Assembly: GCA_030390025.1 (NCBI GenBank)
Contig: CM059431.1
Span: 146,198,001 to 146,262,000, forward strand
DNA length: 64,000 nucleotides
Origin: Squalus acanthias
Taxonomy: Eukaryota
Reading direction: 5' to 3'
Shown here in pieces: positions 37,887-51,521 of the stretch. The translations under genes were made by a program, and so were the position numbers. Numbering within the stretch: position 1 is the first letter of the stretch; each line of letters opens with the position of its first letter. The notes under the pieces were generated by a model that was not told where the DNA came from, did no database searches, and worked only from the letters and a program-made list of their open reading frames with translations.

Positions 37887-40800
37887 ATACCAATAATTTT
37901 AGTGTAGAGTCACCACCAGTAATGTGCGAATAGGGACAAAACCAGTTATGTTAGAGTAGTGCCACCAGCAGAAATGTTATAGTAGAATTACCACCAGCAA
38001 TCTTAGAGTAGGTCAACGCCAATAATGTTAGAGTAGATTCAGCAGCAGTAATGTTAGATTAGGGTCACCACCAGCAATGTTATATTACGGTCACCACCAG
38101 TAAAGTTAGAGCAGGGTCACCACCAGTAATCTTCGTTGAGAGTCACCACAAGTAATGGTGGAATAGGGTCAGTACCAGTAATGTTAGAGAAGAGTGACAA
38201 CCAGTAATGTCAGAGTAGGGTCAACAACATTAATTTTAGAGTAGGTTCACCACCAATAATGTTAGAGAAGAGTCAGCACCAGTAATGTCAGAGTTTAATC
38301 ACCACCAGTAATGCTATAGTAGAGTCAGCACCAATAAGGTTAAAGTAGGGTCACCATCAGTAATGATAGAGTAGAGTCACCACCATTAAGGTTACATTAG
38401 AGTCACCACCAGTAATGTTAGTGTTGGGTCACCACCAGTAATGTTAGAGTATAGTCACCACCAGTAATGTTAGAGTAGAATCACCAGCATACATGTTAGA
38501 GTAGAGTCACCGCCAGTTGTGTTGGATTAGCGTCACCACCAGTAATGTTAGTGTAGAGTCACCACCACTAATGTTGGAGTAGGGTCACTATCAGTAATGA
38601 TAGAGTAGAGTGAAAACCAGTAATGATAGAGTATGGTCAGCAACATTAATGTTAAAGGAGAGTCACTGCCAGTAATGTTGGAGTAACTGTAATATTATGA
38701 CACAGTCACCACAAGAAATGATAGATTAGAATCCCACCAGTAATGTTAGAGTAGAGTCAAAAACCAATAATGTTAGATTAGATTCAACACCAGTAATGTT
38801 CTAATACGGACAACACCAGTTATGTCAGAGTAGTGCCACCACCACAAATGTTATAGTAAATTTATCGCCAGTAATGTTAGAGTTGGGTCACCAACAGTAA
38901 TGTTGGAGTAGAGTCACCAGATGTAATGTTAGATTAGAGTCACCACCAGATGTAATGTTAGATTAGGGTCACCACCAGCAATGTTAGATTAGGGTCAACA
39001 CAAGTAATGTTCGATTATGGTCACCGCCAGTAATGTTAGAGTAGGTTCACCACCGTTAATGTTAGTGTAGAGTCACCACCTGTAATGGTTGGTTAGGGTC
39101 AGTAGCAGTAGTGTTAGAGTAGAGTGACAACCATTAATGTTAGCCTCAGGTCAACAACAGTAATTGTAGAGTACAGTCACCACCAATAATGATAGAGAAG
39201 AGTCAACATCATTAATGTTGGAGCTGGGGCACCACCAGTAATGTTAGAGTAGAGTCACCACCATTAATGTTAGAGTAGGATCAACACCAGTAATGTTAGA
39301 GTAGAGACACCATCAGTAATGTGATCGTAAAGTCACCACCAGTAATGTTAGAGTAGGGTCACCACCAGTAATGTTAGAGTAGATTCACCACCTGTAATGT
39401 TAGATTGGACTCACCACCAGTAATGTTAGAGTAGATTCACCACCTGTAATGTTAGATTGGACTCACCACCAGTAATGTTCGAGCAGATTCAAAACTAGTA
39501 ATGTTAGAGTAGAGTCACTACCAGTAATGTTAGAGTAGAGTCATCACCAGTAATGTTATAGTAGAGTCAACACCATTAATGTAAGAGTAAAGTCACTATC
39601 AGTATTGTTAGATTAGGTTCAGCACCAGTAACGTTACAGTCGCATCACTATCAGTAAAGTTAGAATAGTTTCAGCACAATTAATAATAGATTAGAGTCAC
39701 GAGCAGTAATGTTATAGTAGAGTAACCAGCAGTAATGTTAGGGTAGGTTCACCAGCAGTAATGTTAGAGTAGGTTCACCAACATTTACCTTACAATAGGG
39801 TCACCACCAGGAATGTTAGTGCAGAATCACCACCAGTAATGTTGGAGTAGGGTCACTATCAGTAATGTTAGAGTAGATTGACCACCAGTAATTTTAGAGT
39901 AGAGTCACCACCATTACTGTTGTAGTAGGGGTCCCAACAGTAATGTTTTAGTAGAGTCACCACGAGAAATGCTGTAGTAGAATCACCGCCAGCTATGTTA
40001 AAGTAGAGTCACCCCCAGTAATGTTAGAGTTGGGTCACCCCCAGTGCTGTTAGAGTAGAGTCACCACCTGTAATGTTACAGTATAGTCACCGCCAGTAAT
40101 GTTGGAGTAAAGTCACCACCAGTGATGTTAGTGTAGATTCACCAACAGTAATGTTGAAGTAGGGTCACCAACATTAATGTTAGAGTAGGATCACCACCAA
40201 TAATGATAGAGTAGAGTCAGCACCAGTAATGTTGCAGTAGGGGCAGCAACAGTAATGTTATAGTAGAGTCACCACGAAAATTGTTAGAGTAGAATCACCA
40301 AAAGTAATGTTGGATTAAAGTCAATACCAATAATGTTACAGTAGAGTCACCATCAGTAATGTGCGAATAGGGACAACACCAGTTATGTTAGAGTAGTTCC
40401 ACCACCAGAAATGTTATAGTAGAATTACCACCAGTAATGTTACAGTAGGGTCAACTCCAGTAATGTTAGAGTAGATTCACCAGCATTAATGGTAGAGTAG
40501 AGTCACCATCAGTAATGTTAGATTAAAGTCACCACCAGCAATGTTATATTAAGGTCACCACCAGTAATGTTAGAATAGGTTCACCGCCAGTAATGATAGA
40601 GTAGGGTGACCAACAGTAATGTTAGTGTAGAGTTACACCAGTAATGGTGGATTAGGGTCAGTACCAGTAAGGTTAGAGAAGAGTGACAAACAGTAATGTG
40701 AGAGTAGGGTCAACAAAATTAATTTTAGAGTAGGGTCACCAACAATAACGTTAGAGACGAGTCACCACCAGTAATGTTAGAGTTTAATCACCACCAGTAA

Positions 40801-42154
40801 TGGTATAGTAGAGTCACCACCAGTAATGTTAGAGTAGAGTCACCACATGTAATGTTAGTTTAGAGTCACCAGCAGTAATGTTGGAGTAGGGTCACTAACA
40901 GTAATGATAGTGTAGAGTGACCACCAGTAATGATAGAGTATGGTCAACAGCATTAATGTTAGAGCAGAGTCACCACCAGTAATGTTAGAGTAGAATCACC
41001 ACCAGTAATGTTAGAGTAGAGTCAACACCAGTAATGATAGAGTAGAGTCACCGCCAGTAATGTTAGAGTAGGGTCACCACCAGTAATGTTAGAGCAGAGT
41101 CACCACCAGTAATGTTAGAGTAGAGTCAACACCAGTAATGTTAGTGTAGAGTGACAACCATTAACGTTAGAGTCGGGTCAACAACACTAATTTTAAATTA
41201 GTCACCACCAATAACGTTAGAGATGAGTCAGCACCATTAATGTTGGAGCTGCGGCACCACCAGTAATGTTAGTGTAGAGTCACCACCAGTGTTAGGGTAG
41301 AATCAACAGCAGTAATGTTAGAGTAGAGACACCACTAGTAATGTTATAGTAAAGTCAGCACCAGTAATGTTACAGTAGGGTCACCACCAGTAATGATAGA
41401 GTAGAGTTACCACCAGTAATGTTAGAGTAGGGTCACCACCAGTAATGATAGAGTAGAGTCACCACCTGTATGTTAGATTAGGTTCACCACCAGTAATGTT
41501 AGGTTATGGTCACCACCAGTAATGTTAGAGTAGGGTCTCCCCCAGTAATGTTAGAGTAGAGTCACCTCCAGTAATGTTAGTATAGAGCCACCACCAGTAA
41601 TGTTAGCTTAGGGTCACCAACAGTAACGTTAGTGTAGGGTCTCCCCCAGTAATGTTAGAGTAGAGTCACCTCCAGTAATGTTAATATAGAGCCAACACCA
41701 GTAATGTTAAATTAGGGTCTCCCCCAGTAATGTTACAGTACAGTCACCACCAGTCATTCTAGAGTCGGGTCACCACCAGGACTGTTAAATTAGAATCACC
41801 ACCAGTAATGTTAGAGTGGGCCCTCACCAGTAATATTTGCTTAATGTTAGCGGTGAATCATCGCCAGTATTGTTAGCGATGAATCATCGCCTGTAATTTT
41901 AGAGAGGAGTCATCACTACAGTAAAAAAATAATTTAAAAGTGGCAATGGATGAGTGAAGTTTTCACCGAATGAATTTGAGACCCCAAGAGCCTAACACAG
42001 TGTCCAGGAGGAATGGTCCATTCAGAGTTCCGTACAATTTCCCCAAGGCGTCCCGGCGCACTGAAGCGGAAAATCGCCCTTGTTTGTTAAGTGACTGTAA
42101 CTAACGCCACTTATTGTGTAACATGTTTTTTTCTGACCGGGACACCGATTGTTC

Positions 42155-42161
42155 TATAAAT
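42155..42161 (+). promoter_or_regulatory. TATA box of GPCR copy 2
   Basis: TATAAAT 83 bp upstream of the ATG at 42238. Confidence 0.6.
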
Positions 42162-42237
42162 GGGGAGTATTTACCGATCTCAGATACATTCCAGTCCGAA
42201 CCGTAAAGCTGGACAGATTTCGCACACTTCTTTTAAA

Positions 42238-42307
42238 ATGGAGCAGCTAATACTTCTACAGATAAAGCAAATTTACTGCCCTATTCTCGCAACCTTTGGG
42301 GCTCCCG
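42238..42307 (+). CDS. Class A GPCR (probable GPR139-like family), copy 2, coding exon 1
   Basis: Same peptide as copy 1; consensus donor G|GTAAGT. Confidence 0.87.
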
Positions 42308-43825
42308 GTAAGTCAATGTATTCTGTTACCTAATAGCTGTTGGTTATCTCAGTGTTAATGTAACACATTCCGAGAATGTCCTCATTGCAGAGTCATTTAT
42401 CTACCGGGATCAGTCGGTGAATATCAGCGGGAATCTGAACAGTCCGCGCGGTCGCTGAGGCGCTGTTCTGGTCGCTCGATCCTGGCCAACGGGAGCTGAA
42501 CCTTCCTCCCTATACTGAGGGAGGGCGAGGCTGATTCCCCGGCCTCTCCAATAGTACATAGATCATCAAATAATGTGTTGCTTAGTGCCCATGTTTATCA
42601 TTTCATTTGTACCGTTGTTCCCTGTCTACTTTAAGTTGATAATTCCTTGTACTGCAGGCACCTCCACCCATCAGAGGACTGTGAAAGATATTTGGAGTAA
42701 TAATTTCCGCTCAGGGCGCTGCTCCCCTCCCCTCGGCTGCAAACAACCTTCGCGGCTCCACCAGCTCCCGCTCTGTTACCGAGCAGCTCACTTTGGGCCA
42801 TTATAAATAGAAAAAGAGCAGAGTTTCGACCAACATCGAACGTTTCTATCTCAGCTGAATGTATTATTTGAATTCTTATATTTCCAGTAATTGTGTTTAA
42901 AATATATTGAATACAGCTGGCATCGGATGCCGCTCCCGAGATCCCCCTCGCCAATTAAGCCGATGAGATTAAATGTAAAGTTCCATCGATTGCTCCCTGG
43001 GGCCGCTGTAGTAACTCATCAAATTGGCTCGGTGCATCACATGGTCCCAGCCTCATGGCGGGATGGTTTCAGCGCTCCACACTGCAATGGAATGTGTGTT
43101 TGGATGTATGTAAGGGAATCCGCTTCTTTATTGACTGTGAAAATTAACAAGTTATATAACCATCCAAGTTTGCCCCTTAAGGGACTTTAATCTCTTACTG
43201 TACCGTCCCTGCGAGGTACTGCGGCTTGACCTGGTCCGCAGCGTTAAAGTGTGAATAGAGACTCAATGGATTTCCAATGAAAGGTTTCGACATGAAGTGG
43301 TAACTTTGTTTCCCTCTCCACAGATGATGCTTGTGCTGTTGAGTATTTCCAGAATTTTCTGATTTTTTTCATGAATATAGTGTCAGTGGCGATATCGATG
43401 GAGATTCAATTGGAAGAGATGTATCATGGTCGACTGATCCATTGTCGCCCGTTTCACACTGTTACCCAAAGTCAAAATTCCCCGCCGTTGAGCCATCAGT
43501 GCCTGGGTGTCGCTGGTGTTGGGGGTCGCTATCCGATACCATTAAGATATTGAATACGAGTGACCTTCCCAGCACCAAACTCCACCCACCGGCTTGACAC
43601 AGTCTGACTGAAGTGTGCTGGAATGACGGCGCATTCTCAGTCCCTCGATATTGTGTGTTTAATGATTACTTTCGTTTGAAAAATATATTGTCAATGCTCG
43701 CCTACATTATAAAGAGAAACCGTGTGCATAACCCTCAGTAGGAACACATCGGTTCATTCCCCACAATACGCTGTGAGATTTATCCGACTGTCCCCATTAC
43801 TTACTCTTGTCTCTCTTTCTTACAG

Positions 43826-44727
43826 CGAACATATTGACAATGGTAATTCTCTCCAGAGGGAAATGCGGCCTTTCCAAATGTATCTCGGTCTACATGGTGG
43901 CCATGGCAACAGCAGATCTACTGGTCATTATCCTCAATGTAATCGTATATAACATTTTGAATAAACACTTCCCATATTCATTCCTGTCCTACACTGCCGT
44001 TTGTAAGATCATGATGTACATGTGTTGTGTCAGCCTGGATATGTCGGTGTGGTTTACCGTCTCCTTCACATTTGATCGATTTGTAGCTATATGCTGTCAG
44101 AAGTTTAAAACAAAGTATTGCAGAATGAGAACTGCGGCCGCGGTCATAACAACGGTCTCTGTTCTGGTTTTTTTAGAGAACATCCCCTTTTTGTTTGCAT
44201 ATAAGCACAAACTAATAATCAACAATGTTCCCTGGGGTTGTCGCCCCAGTATGGTCTTCTTTTTATCTCCTGCAGGTGTAGCCTACTACCATTTACAAAG
44301 TATTTTAATTACATATCTTCCTTTTGCTTTGATATTACTGTTTAATTGTTTGACAGTCAGACGTATTTTAGCTGCCAGTAGAGCCCGCAGGGAACTCCGG
44401 GGTCACAGCAGTGAGAATCAGAGCGATCCAGAGATGGAGAGCCGAAAGAAATCCATAATTTTACTGTTCATTGTATCGGGCAGTTTTGTATTGTTGTGGC
44501 TGACATCCGCCGTGAGTTCTGTAGTTAACAACCTGGCCGTGCATCACCGACCCGATTATGCAGACCCTGCATACATCGCCACTGAAACCGGATATCTACT
44601 CATGTATTTGAGTTCCTGTACAAACACGTGTATTTATGCAGCTGCACAAACTAAATTCAGGGAAGAGCTGAAGAAGGTGGTGAAATCTCCTTGGACATTG
44701 ATTCTGATATTGGTTAAAAAAAAATGA
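43826..44727 (+). CDS. Class A GPCR (probable GPR139-like family), copy 2, coding exon 2; spliced protein 323 aa
   Basis: TACAG acceptor; intact 7TM frame with the same motifs as copy 1. Confidence 0.93.
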
Positions 44728-44896
44728 AAAATTAACTGCAGCTTCTTTAACTAGAGTAAAATGACAGCCCGTGTTCCATTTTAGAATGGCCGTCTTTCCG
44801 TTCGGACGAAAGCCGATTGATGCTGTGAAAATGAACAGGTATCAGAAAACCTTTCTTCCTTTATGTGCCGTGTGTTTTGTGTCTGCTGCTTTCCCT

Positions 44897-45358
44897 GGGT
44901 CAGTCGTGGCTCAGCTGGTAGCAACCTCGTGATAAGTTTGTGGCTTCAAGTCCCATACCAGAGACTCAATAATCTACCATAATCTAGGCTGACGCTCCAG
45001 TGCAAGGCTGAGGGAGTGCTGCACTGTCGGAGGTGCCCTCTTTCGAATGAGACGTTAAACCGAGACTACGTCTGCCGTCTCAGGTGGACGTAAAAGATCC
45101 TTTACACTATCTCGAAGAGGAGCAGGGAGTAATCCCAGTGTCCCAGCCAATATTTATCCCTCAATCACCATCACTATAAAACTAATTATCTGTTCATTAT
45201 TACATTGCTGTTTGTGGGAGCTTGCTGTGCGTAGATTGGCTGCCGTGGTTCCTACATTAGAATAGTGGTTACACCTCAAAAAGTACTTCATTGGCTCTAA
45301 AGGGCCGGTGGTCGTGACAGGAGCCATATAAATACAAATCTTTCCTTTTCTTTCTTTT
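44897..45358 (+). mobile_element. tRNA-derived Deu-domain SINE (duplicated copy)
   Basis: Paralog of 11957-12419. Confidence 0.8.
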
Positions 45359-46539
45359 ACCCCGGGTCAATATTATCATTTCCCGCTGATCAGAATATCC
45401 TAAAGTATGCTAATGTGATACTGTGTTTGTTTGTCTTTCTATTGTTGCAATTTAGCCTTTTCCTGTTAAGCAGTGAAGCACTGGTCTTTTTAAAGTACCA
45501 CTGGGCTGTTGGACCAGGGCTGACCCTGCAGCAATGGTCAGTTTCAGGATGAAGTGATAAGCAATTTAATGAAACTCATGACTTTGCAAACAGCTTCATC
45601 AATTTCAGGGAACTTTAATCATTTGGTAACAGTTTGGGAATAGAGTTAGTCCTGCAAAGGAAAACATCTGGACATCCATCATCATTTTCAATTAGTACAA
45701 TAGATACAGAAACCAACAGTCTTACTGTTAAAGGTTTCACTTGGTACAATTGCAATTATATGAACCAAAAGTGAAACTATCGATCAGATAAATCATTTAA
45801 AATATCTTTGTGTAGAGTTTTATTTTAAATTTGATATCATTATGTAATACAGCGAGGGTTCTCAAGCACAGGGAGTGAGAAAAATCTATAAAAATGTATT
45901 CGGTTTGGTAAAGGCCTAAGATACTGAGCTCAGAACTGTGACATGTTTGGTCTCCACCCAACCATCATCAGGTGTGGTTTTAATTTCTATCTTTTAAGTT
46001 TGTGTGTAAGTATAATTGCATGTATTATGTGCTGAATAAACCTATGGCACCTCACTCCAATGTTCAAGAACATTATGGAAAAGCTTATGCTAACAATAGC
46101 CTTTGTACTTTAATTGTGAATGGGCTTCATTTATTAACTGTGATTAAGAGCCCGCTTTACCCGTCACTCTTTAACGTTCCACTTGACCCAGACGTTCTCC
46201 AAAACCACAATCCTCTTGGTGGCAGGGCCCCGTGGAGCCCGGGCTCTGCCAATCCGGCTGGCATCCAGCTTCTGGAGGACGTGGTGATTAGTTGCGGGAA
46301 GTTTTGTAAAAGAGCCACATTCTCATTTACCTGGATGCGGACAACCAGTAGTATTTAAGGCCCGAGTTAGGCAGCCGGCAGAGGTTTTAATTCCATCAGT
46401 CAGAGATGTTCTGCGCCCAGCTACAATCCTGAGAAGGCGACCTTCAATAAACCACATCATCCAAACTCCACAGGTGAAATAGAAAGCAATTAACTATTAC
46501 ATTACTGTGCCACATTCAATCTGATGTGCTTGAGATTTC

Positions 46540-47080
46540 CCGCCCCCTGTTTCGAATTAACCAGTTGTTGTATTCCCTTGTGTTTCTCTATTTCTAATTA
46601 AACAGTTACTGTGTTTCCCTGACATTCGCATCCCCTCTAATTCTACATAAACAGTTACTGTCTCCCCAGTCCCCCACTTTTAAATAAACAGTTACGATGT
46701 TACCCCACGTCTCCTTTTATTATACTTCTAATTAGACAGTTAGTTTATTCCCCTGAATCTCCCTGTCCTCTATTTCTAATTGAACAGTTTCTGTCTTCCC
46801 CTGCCCCCTACTTCTAAATGAAGGGATATTGTGTTCCGCTGGCCCCTATTTCTATTGTCAGTTGCCATATTCCCCTGACCGATATTTCGAATTAAACAAT
46901 TCCTGTGTTCCCCTATATTCCCTTTATTCTATTTCTAATTAACAACTCGTTGGTTCCATTTAATTTTCCTATTCTCCATTTCTAATGTAACATTTACAGT
47001 GTTTCCCTGAATTCCCCTTCATTCTATTTCTAATTATGCTTCTCGTGATCCGCTGAATTCCCCTGTCCTCTAGTTTTAAC
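46540..47080. repeat. Degenerate pyrimidine-rich minisatellite (~35-45 bp unit, TTCCCCTG..CTATTTCTAATTAAACAGTTACTGTG)
   Basis: Recurring TTCTAATT/AAACAGTT/TTCCCC motifs. Confidence 0.7.
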
Positions 47081-47389
47081 TCGAAAGATTAGCAGCAAGT
47101 CTGTTCCATAGGTAGACAGTCGCTCTTTGACATAACAGGTCCAGAAATTAGTTTTGTATTTACCCCCATCAATCTCAGCCCATGGTCTCTGGTTTTACAG
47201 TTCTGGATAAGGTGAAACAGCCCGTTATGATCAACCATATCGAGTGGATAAAGAGCACATATTCATGTCCCGGATATTCCTGTGAACTTTTTATGTTTGT
47301 CATAGGATTGTTAACATGAAAAGGGTAATTAAACTTCTGGTGCTGAGGCCAGCTACAATTCAACAGTTTCATTGGTAATTTTCATTGTA

Positions 47390-48525
47390 CAATGAACTCA
47401 AATGCAGCATGTGACAAATTAAGGGTACAGCCCTTTAACACTACCCAATGAAGCTCACCATCTCACGTACAGCATGGCATAAATACAGGATAAAAATACC
47501 TGTACATGTAAACATCACGCACTTCCAGGTGAGGTATGGACTTGCTGTACAAATCAGTGAATCACCAGTAATATTGACGAATCAAATGCCGAGCACTTTG
47601 CCGGAAATTAAACGGCTTGTAATAACTAGTTAGACTGTCATCTTGAAAAAAAATCCTGTACTGATGGAGCTTCTCGCTTTTCCAATCATTGATGAAGCTT
47701 TCTGTTTTATCCTGTCTTGTTCAACGGTAGTGTTGGTCCCACCAGATTTGCTCTGTGAAATGAGCGGCCTTACTCTTGTGCCATTTAGTGTGGTGGTAAT
47801 TCAATTTGCTCTCTCCACCTTCCTGAGATAATTCTCACTCCTAGAATATTTTAAAATTAAAAAATCATGTTAATTCTAGAATCAGTTCCTAGAAAACAAT
47901 GGGATAAGATTTGCAGCGATCAATATATTTAATTTGAACGTACTTAATTACATAATTAATTACATTTTGTTGATTTGATTACTTAAACATTACATTGCTC
48001 TTTTCTTCCCTTGCCCCTATTTATAGGGACTGTACTCACTCACAATATGTGCTGCCAACTGCAGCTCCGCCAACAGTAACACACCACTGATGGTGAATAA
48101 CCAGTGCTGTAAACCTGTCTCCAGGTGACATCACAAAGGAGCCATCAGCCAATCATACAGCAGCCAGTAACAATATAACAAAGCAGCCGGAACTCTGACC
48201 AGCCGATGTGTCACAGGGTCACATGACCAGACTCTGCTCCTGGTATGAAGTCTCACCGGCGATGAACATAGTTACTCATTCAGTCCGGTCTCCGACCCCG
48301 TTCTCGGTCCTCATGCGAAAAATTACCTCTTACGAAATGCCCCCTCTAATTCTCCAAATATGATGTCCCACTATTGAATGGAACAAATTTAGAACTTTTG
48401 AATTATATATCCCAAGGCGTCCGTCACAAAATAGCAGGCAGTTTGACTCCCTCCTGTCTTGGCAGTGAAAGGCAGATTGACGTAATGGTGCTTGGATGAA
48501 GATATAACAACGTCCTCTGTATTCC
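47390..48525. repeat. Ancient ~1.1-kb low-copy unit, copy A
   Basis: Colinear with ~49278-50425 and with 51522-51961 + 52757-53010 (e.g. CAGCATGG, GATGAAGCTT, CCCACCAGAT, TACTCACTCACAATAT). Confidence 0.8.
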
Positions 48526-48644
48526 GAAACCAGTCAATTTCCTGTAACAAGAAGGGGCATCAGAGGCAATGTGTAAGGATCATCAGGACTATCAATTGGT
48601 TGGGCCATGTGAGCAATAAATGGAGGGGAAATCATGGGCAATAA

Positions 48645-49255
48645 TAGTAAAACTCCGTCTACTCTGTCCCATCAAACACTCGCAGTTCTGGTACGGCACG
48701 AGATACATGCAGAGTAAAAATACCTCTACACCATCCCATTAAACACTCCCAGGTCAGGTACAGCTTGGGTTACATACAATGTAAAGCTCCCTCTACACTG
48801 TCCCATTAAACACAGGTTAGGTACAGTATGCGTTATATAAGGGGAAAGCTCTGTCTGCATTGTCCCATCAAACACACCCACATTAAGTATAGTATTGGTT
48901 AAATACAGAGTAAATGTCCCTCTAAAAAGTCCCATCATACATTTCCAGGTCAGGTACTGCACGGGCTAGATGGAGAGCAAAGCTCCCTCTAAACTGTTCC
49001 ATAAAACAGTCCCAGGACAGGTACAGCACGGGCTAGATACTGAGTAAAGCTCCCTCTAAACATTTCCATAAAACACTCCCAAAATATGAACAGCACGGGT
49101 CAGACACAGAATAAAGCTACCTCGACACTGTTACACCAAACATTCAGAGGGCACGTAAAGCACGGGTTAGAAACAGAGTAAAGCTCCCTCAACACTTTCG
49201 CATCAAAAATTCCCAGGGCACGTAGATAGGGATTAGATACAGTATAGCTCTCACT
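48645..49255. repeat. Degenerate ~65-bp minisatellite (CAGAGTAAAGCTCCCTCTACACTGTCCCATCAAACACTCCCAGG..GGTACAGCACGGGTTAGATA)
   Basis: About 9-10 diverged tandem units. Confidence 0.8.
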
Positions 49256-49277
49256 GTACAATCGTTCGTCAAGAACA

Positions 49278-50425
49278 GTGAATTCAGATACAGCATGTGG
49301 ACAATTCAGCGGCCAACTCATCTGACACTACACAATAAAGCACATCATCTCACTTACAGCATGGCATGAATGCATGACAGAAATCCCTATACATGGAAGC
49401 ATCACACACTCCCAGGTGAAGTATGGGCTAGCTTTACATACCAGTGAATCTACACTAAAATTACTGCATCGAAGGCAGAGCTTTTTGCCAGAATTAAACG
49501 GCTCCCTATCGCTTGTTAGACTTTCACCGTGAAAAAATTCTGTACTAATGGGATTCTCAGTGCAGCTCCTCGCCTTTCCAGTCTTTCATGAAGCTTCCAG
49601 TTTTATCCCGTCTTGTAGAAGTGTTGGTCCCACCAGATCTGCTCAGTGAAAGCAGCGACCTTTCTCCAGTTAGTGTGTTGCTGATTCGATTCTGCTCTCT
49701 CCACCTTCCTGAGATAATGCTCACTCCAAGAATGTTTTAACATCAAAACGATACATATTAATTATGGAATCTGTTATTCGAAAACAAGGGGCTAATTTTG
49801 CAACTACCATTGTATCTAATTTTAATATATTTAAAATTAACGACATTTGGTTGAATTACTTGCTTTAATATTAAATTGTTCCTGTCTTTCCATGCCCCTG
49901 TTTATAGGGACTATACTCACTCACAATATCTGCTGCCAACGCCAGCTCCGCCCACATTAACAGTACTGCAGGTGCGTAACCAGGGGCGGAACCTGTCTCC
50001 AGGTAACATCACAAAGGAGCCAGGAGCCAATCATACAGCAGCCAGTAACAATGTCACAAAGCAGCCGGAGCTCCGCCCCGTCGAGGTGTCGCAAGGTCAC
50101 ATGACCATGCTCTGCTCCTGGTGTGCAGGCCCACTGGGCATGAACACATGTTGTACATTCAGTCCTGTCTCCGACCCTGTTCCCATGTACTGAGGCTCCA
50201 GGCAGGAAGACAAACCGCGCAAAAATTCCCATTGTGCATTCTCCTCCCATCCTCCAAATATGAAGACCCACTATTCAATGGATCTTGTGTTCACCTTTTT
50301 AATCTATAAACCCCAGGGCGTACCTCGAATAATATCAGGAAGTATGTCTCCCTCCTGCCTTGGAAATGAAAGGCAGTTTGTGGTAATGGTGCTTGGATGA
50401 AGATTTAACTTCCACCTCTGTGTTC
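49278..50425. repeat. Ancient ~1.1-kb low-copy unit, copy B
   Basis: Colinear with copy A. Confidence 0.8.
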
Positions 50426-50427
50426 TC

Positions 50428-50722
50428 CCAGGTCAGGTGCAGCACGGGGTAGATACAGAGTTAAGCTCTGCCTAAACGGTCTCATCAAACACACCCAGTT
50501 TAGAATTGTATGAATTAAAAAAGCAATTAAGGTCCCTCTACAAAGTCCCACCATACACTCCAGGGGTAGTTACAGCATGGTCTAGATACAGAGTAATGCT
50601 CCATCTACACTGTCCCATATAACACTCCCAGGTCAGGAACAGCACAGGTAAAATACAGAGTATAGTTCCTTCTAAACTGTCCCATCAAAAAGTCGCAGTG
50701 CCGGTAGACGGGGATTAGATAC
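50428..50722. repeat. Second block of the ~65-bp minisatellite
   Basis: Same unit as 48645-49255; follows copy B as the first block follows copy A. Confidence 0.75.
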
Positions 50723-50725
50723 AAT

Positions 50726-51486
50726 GGCCCAGAAATTAGACTTTGATGGTTGCCGCGGGGTTAAGGATCGTGCGCGATCTTACCTACCGCGCCTGCCTTA
50801 ATGGTTTGGGCCCACACGAACCTCTGGTCCTGGGCCTCTCCCTGGTGCCGGCGCTCAGTGTGTGCTTGTCCCAGAGGCGCAGTTAGTTCGATGCGAGCTC
50901 TGGGATCACGTGGGCCAGTTAGAGCCAATGGCAGCACACCATCTTTCATTCATAGTTTTGACATGAGAACTGTCAAAACTATGAATACAACTTGCCCCCA
51001 AAAGAACAGCTAAACCTCAATTAAATTTTAAAAAAACATCACATTAATAAAATAACTATAGTTAAATAAATTAACCACTTTAAACAAAAATTTAAATTTT
51101 TTAAAAATTTAAATTCTTTTTAAAAGTTATAAAAATAAACTTACCTTTCTTTAAAGTCTCTAAAAAAGATAAACCTGTTGAAATTTTTTTTAAATAATAC
51201 TTAATTAACTACTTACCTTGTTAAAAGGGGATCTTACGCCTCCTTTTTTCATGTGTAAAATCTTGCATACTTACCCTCGCGTTGAAACCTGAAAAAAAAC
51301 CTAAGTGTGCTGCGTGCGCACAGCCTGTAGTGCGCACGCGGTTCACTTAGGAACCGCCCCCTTCGCAATATCGGAAGTGCCGGTTTCCCGCTCATGCGCA
51401 GTGCATGCAGGAAACCGGCACTTCGGGACCGAATACGCGAGAGTGCACAGTGCGTACTCTCCCGTATTCGGCCGAATTTCTGGGCC
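50726..51486. mobile_element. Non-autonomous DNA transposon (PIF/Harbinger-like MITE)
   Basis: Perfect 12-bp TIR GGCCCAGAAATT/AATTTCTGGGCC, 3-bp TSD AAT (50723-50725, 51487-51489), GC/CpG-rich ends with an AT-rich core. Confidence 0.8.
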
Positions 51487-51521
51487 AATGTCTATCTCAT
51501 TGCATATTCATTCGGAAGCAC

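Larger units (their letters stand above)
13204..41923. repeat. 26-bp tandem satellite, array 2 (~28.7 kb) with multi-kb higher-order duplications
   Basis: Same monomer and orientation as array 1; recurrent diagnostic variant blocks. Confidence 0.97.
41785..46113 (+). repeat. Segmental duplication, copy 2 (GPCR cassette)
   Basis: Colinear with 8851-13203, offset ~32.9 kb. Confidence 0.95.

Noticed and set aside
381..41923. CRISPR array interpretation of the 26-bp repeats
   Set aside because: Contiguous monomers with no unique spacers, no cas genes, and a eukaryotic context.
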